The translations under genes and the position numbers were made by a program. A DNA stretch of 64,000 nt from Verrucomicrobiota bacterium (GTDB taxonomy: Bacteria > Verrucomicrobiota > Verrucomicrobiia > Limisphaerales > JACRJY01): assembly GCA_016235585.1 (NCBI GenBank), contig JACRJY010000023.1, positions 30,560 to 94,559 on the forward strand, read 5' to 3'. Below the pieces are notes generated by a model. It was given only the letters and a program-made list of their open reading frames with translations, made no database searches and was not told where the DNA came from. Of this stretch, positions 62,967-64,000 are shown in pieces (the stretch's first letter is position 1; every line of letters starts with the position of its first letter).

Positions 62967-64000
62967 ATGAATTTGCCCCGCCTATTATTGTCCGCCTGCG
63001 CCGGACTGCTCGTTGGATTCACGCTGTCCACTTCCGCCGCCGACTGGCCGGGCTGGCGCGGCCCGGATCACAACGGCATTTCCACCGAGAGCGGCTGGAC
63101 GACGGACTGGCCGAAGGCGGGGCCGAAGCAGCTTTGGCGCGCCTCGGTGGGCACGGGCTTCGCGTCCATCGCCGTCAGCGGCGGACGCGCCTTCACCACC
63201 GGCAACGAGAAAGATACCGACACGCTTTTCTGCCTCGACGCGAACACGGGCCGGGTGCTGTGGAAGCATTCGTATCCGTGCCCGCTCGCGCCGAACTATT
63301 ACGAGGGTGGCACGAGCGCGACGCCCACGGTTTCCGGCAGCGATGTGTTTCATCTGGGGAAGCGTGGACAGCTTTTCTGCCTTGACGCCGCAAGCGGAAA
63401 GTTGGTCTGGGAGCTGAACCTCGTCGAAGAACTCGGCGTGGAGGTCAACGAGTGGGGCTTCGCCAGCTCGCCGGTGATTGAGGGGAATCTGCTGCTGCTC
63501 AACGTCGGCACCGCCGGCACCGCCGTGCACCGCACGACGGGCAAGGTCGTGTGGACTTCCGGCAAGGAGGCGACGGGTTATTCCTCGATGGTGCCGTTCA
63601 CCGCCGACGGCGTGCGCTATGTCGCGTTCATGGCGAAGAAGGCGCTGGTCCTTGTCGAGGCCAAGACCGGCAAGGAGGTGGCCCGGCACTCGTGGGAGAC
63701 GAACTACGACACCAACTGCGCCGATCCGATTGTCAGCGCCGGCCAGATTTTCATTTCATCCTACACCCGCGGCGGCGCGCTGGTGAGTTTCTCCGCAGGC
63801 AAGCTCACATCCGGCTGGAAAAATGAGACGATGCACAATCACATCAACAGCTCCGTGCTGCTCAAGGGCCGCCTCTACGGCATCAACGGCAAGGCGGGCA
63901 AGCCCGGCGATTTGCGCTGTGTGGACTTCAAGACCGGTGAAGTCAAGTGGGTGCAGCCCGGCATCGGCATCGGCTCGCTCATCGCGGCGGACGGCAAGCT
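62967..64000 (+). CDS. PQQ-like (BamB-like) beta-propeller repeat protein, secreted; 3' end runs off the window
   Basis: Absent from the ORF track because it has no stop inside the window. Manual translation from the ATG at 62967 gives MNLPRLLLSACAGLLVGFTLSTSAADWPGWRGPDHNGIS..., then LFCLDANTGRVLWKH and LFCLDAASGKLVWEL. The frame is open to 64000. Confidence 0.8.
   Translation, partial: MNLPRLLLSACAGLLVGFTLSTSAADWPGWRGPDHNGISTESGWTTDWPKAGPKQLWRASVGTGFASIAVSGGRAFTTGNEKDTDTLFCLDANTGRVLWKHSYPCPLAPNYYEGGTSATPTVSGSDVFHLGKRGQLFCLDAASGKLVWELNLVEELGVEVNEWGFASSPVIEGNLLLLNVGTAGTAVHRTTGKVVWTSGKEATGYSSMVPFTADGVRYVAFMAKKALVLVEAKTGKEVARHSWETNYDTNCADPIVSAGQIFISSYTRGGALVSFSAGKLTSGWKNETMHNHINSSVLLKGRLYGINGKAGKPGDLRCVDFKTGEVKWVQPGIGIGSLIAADGK

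Overview
This is a 64-kb chromosomal window with high GC (about 60-65% by eye). The gene content suggests a PVC-superphylum bacterium, probably Verrucomicrobiota-like. That placement is an inference from a Pirellula/Verrucomicrobium-type heme-binding dehydrogenase, seven formylglycine-type sulfatases and a TAT-exported Gfo/Idh/MocA oxidoreductase.

I support 37 protein-coding genes. Two of them run off the window edges (1-2776 on the minus strand, 62967-64000 on the plus strand), so they are missing from the supplied ORF track. I recognised no rRNA, tRNA, CRISPR array, transposase, integrase or phage gene.

Layout:
- 1-6.5 kb: heme-binding dehydrogenase, a zinc-ribbon protein, a minus-strand run of GNAT, hemerythrin and methyltransferase genes, and an AraC regulator.
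- 6.5-30.7 kb: a sulfated-glycan degradation island. It holds 7 sulfatases, an EF-hand esterase, a penicillin-acylase-family Ntn hydrolase and 2 tandem sialidase-like (Asp-box) paralogs. A 2154-aa beta-propeller/tandem-repeat surface protein sits in the middle of it.
- 30.9-35 kb: queE, a class-III aminotransferase, rsmA and a hypothetical gene.
- 35.5-45.8 kb: a 3431-aa five-module giant surface protein.
- 45.9-64 kb: housekeeping genes (trxB, hisB, an ECF sigma/anti-sigma/secreted-protein trio, gyrB, gyrA, apbE, oxidoreductase, a GreA-like gene, an ABC-F ATPase, a duplicated UxaA-like dehydratase and a PQQ-like propeller).

The most unusual signals are not genes:
- At least seven families of small GC-rich hairpin or TIR repeats are present, and several lie in frame inside conserved coding genes.
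- AT-rich heptanucleotide tandem repeats are embedded in queE, the aminotransferase and rsmA.
- Inverted copies of one ~150-bp TIR element bracket the 6.5-kb giant gene.
- That giant gene contains an ~0.8-kb low-GC patch.
- Five of the seven sulfatases end in poly-lysine tails.

The long Arg/Ala/Gly/Pro-rich ORFs in the track are antisense shadows typical of high-GC DNA.
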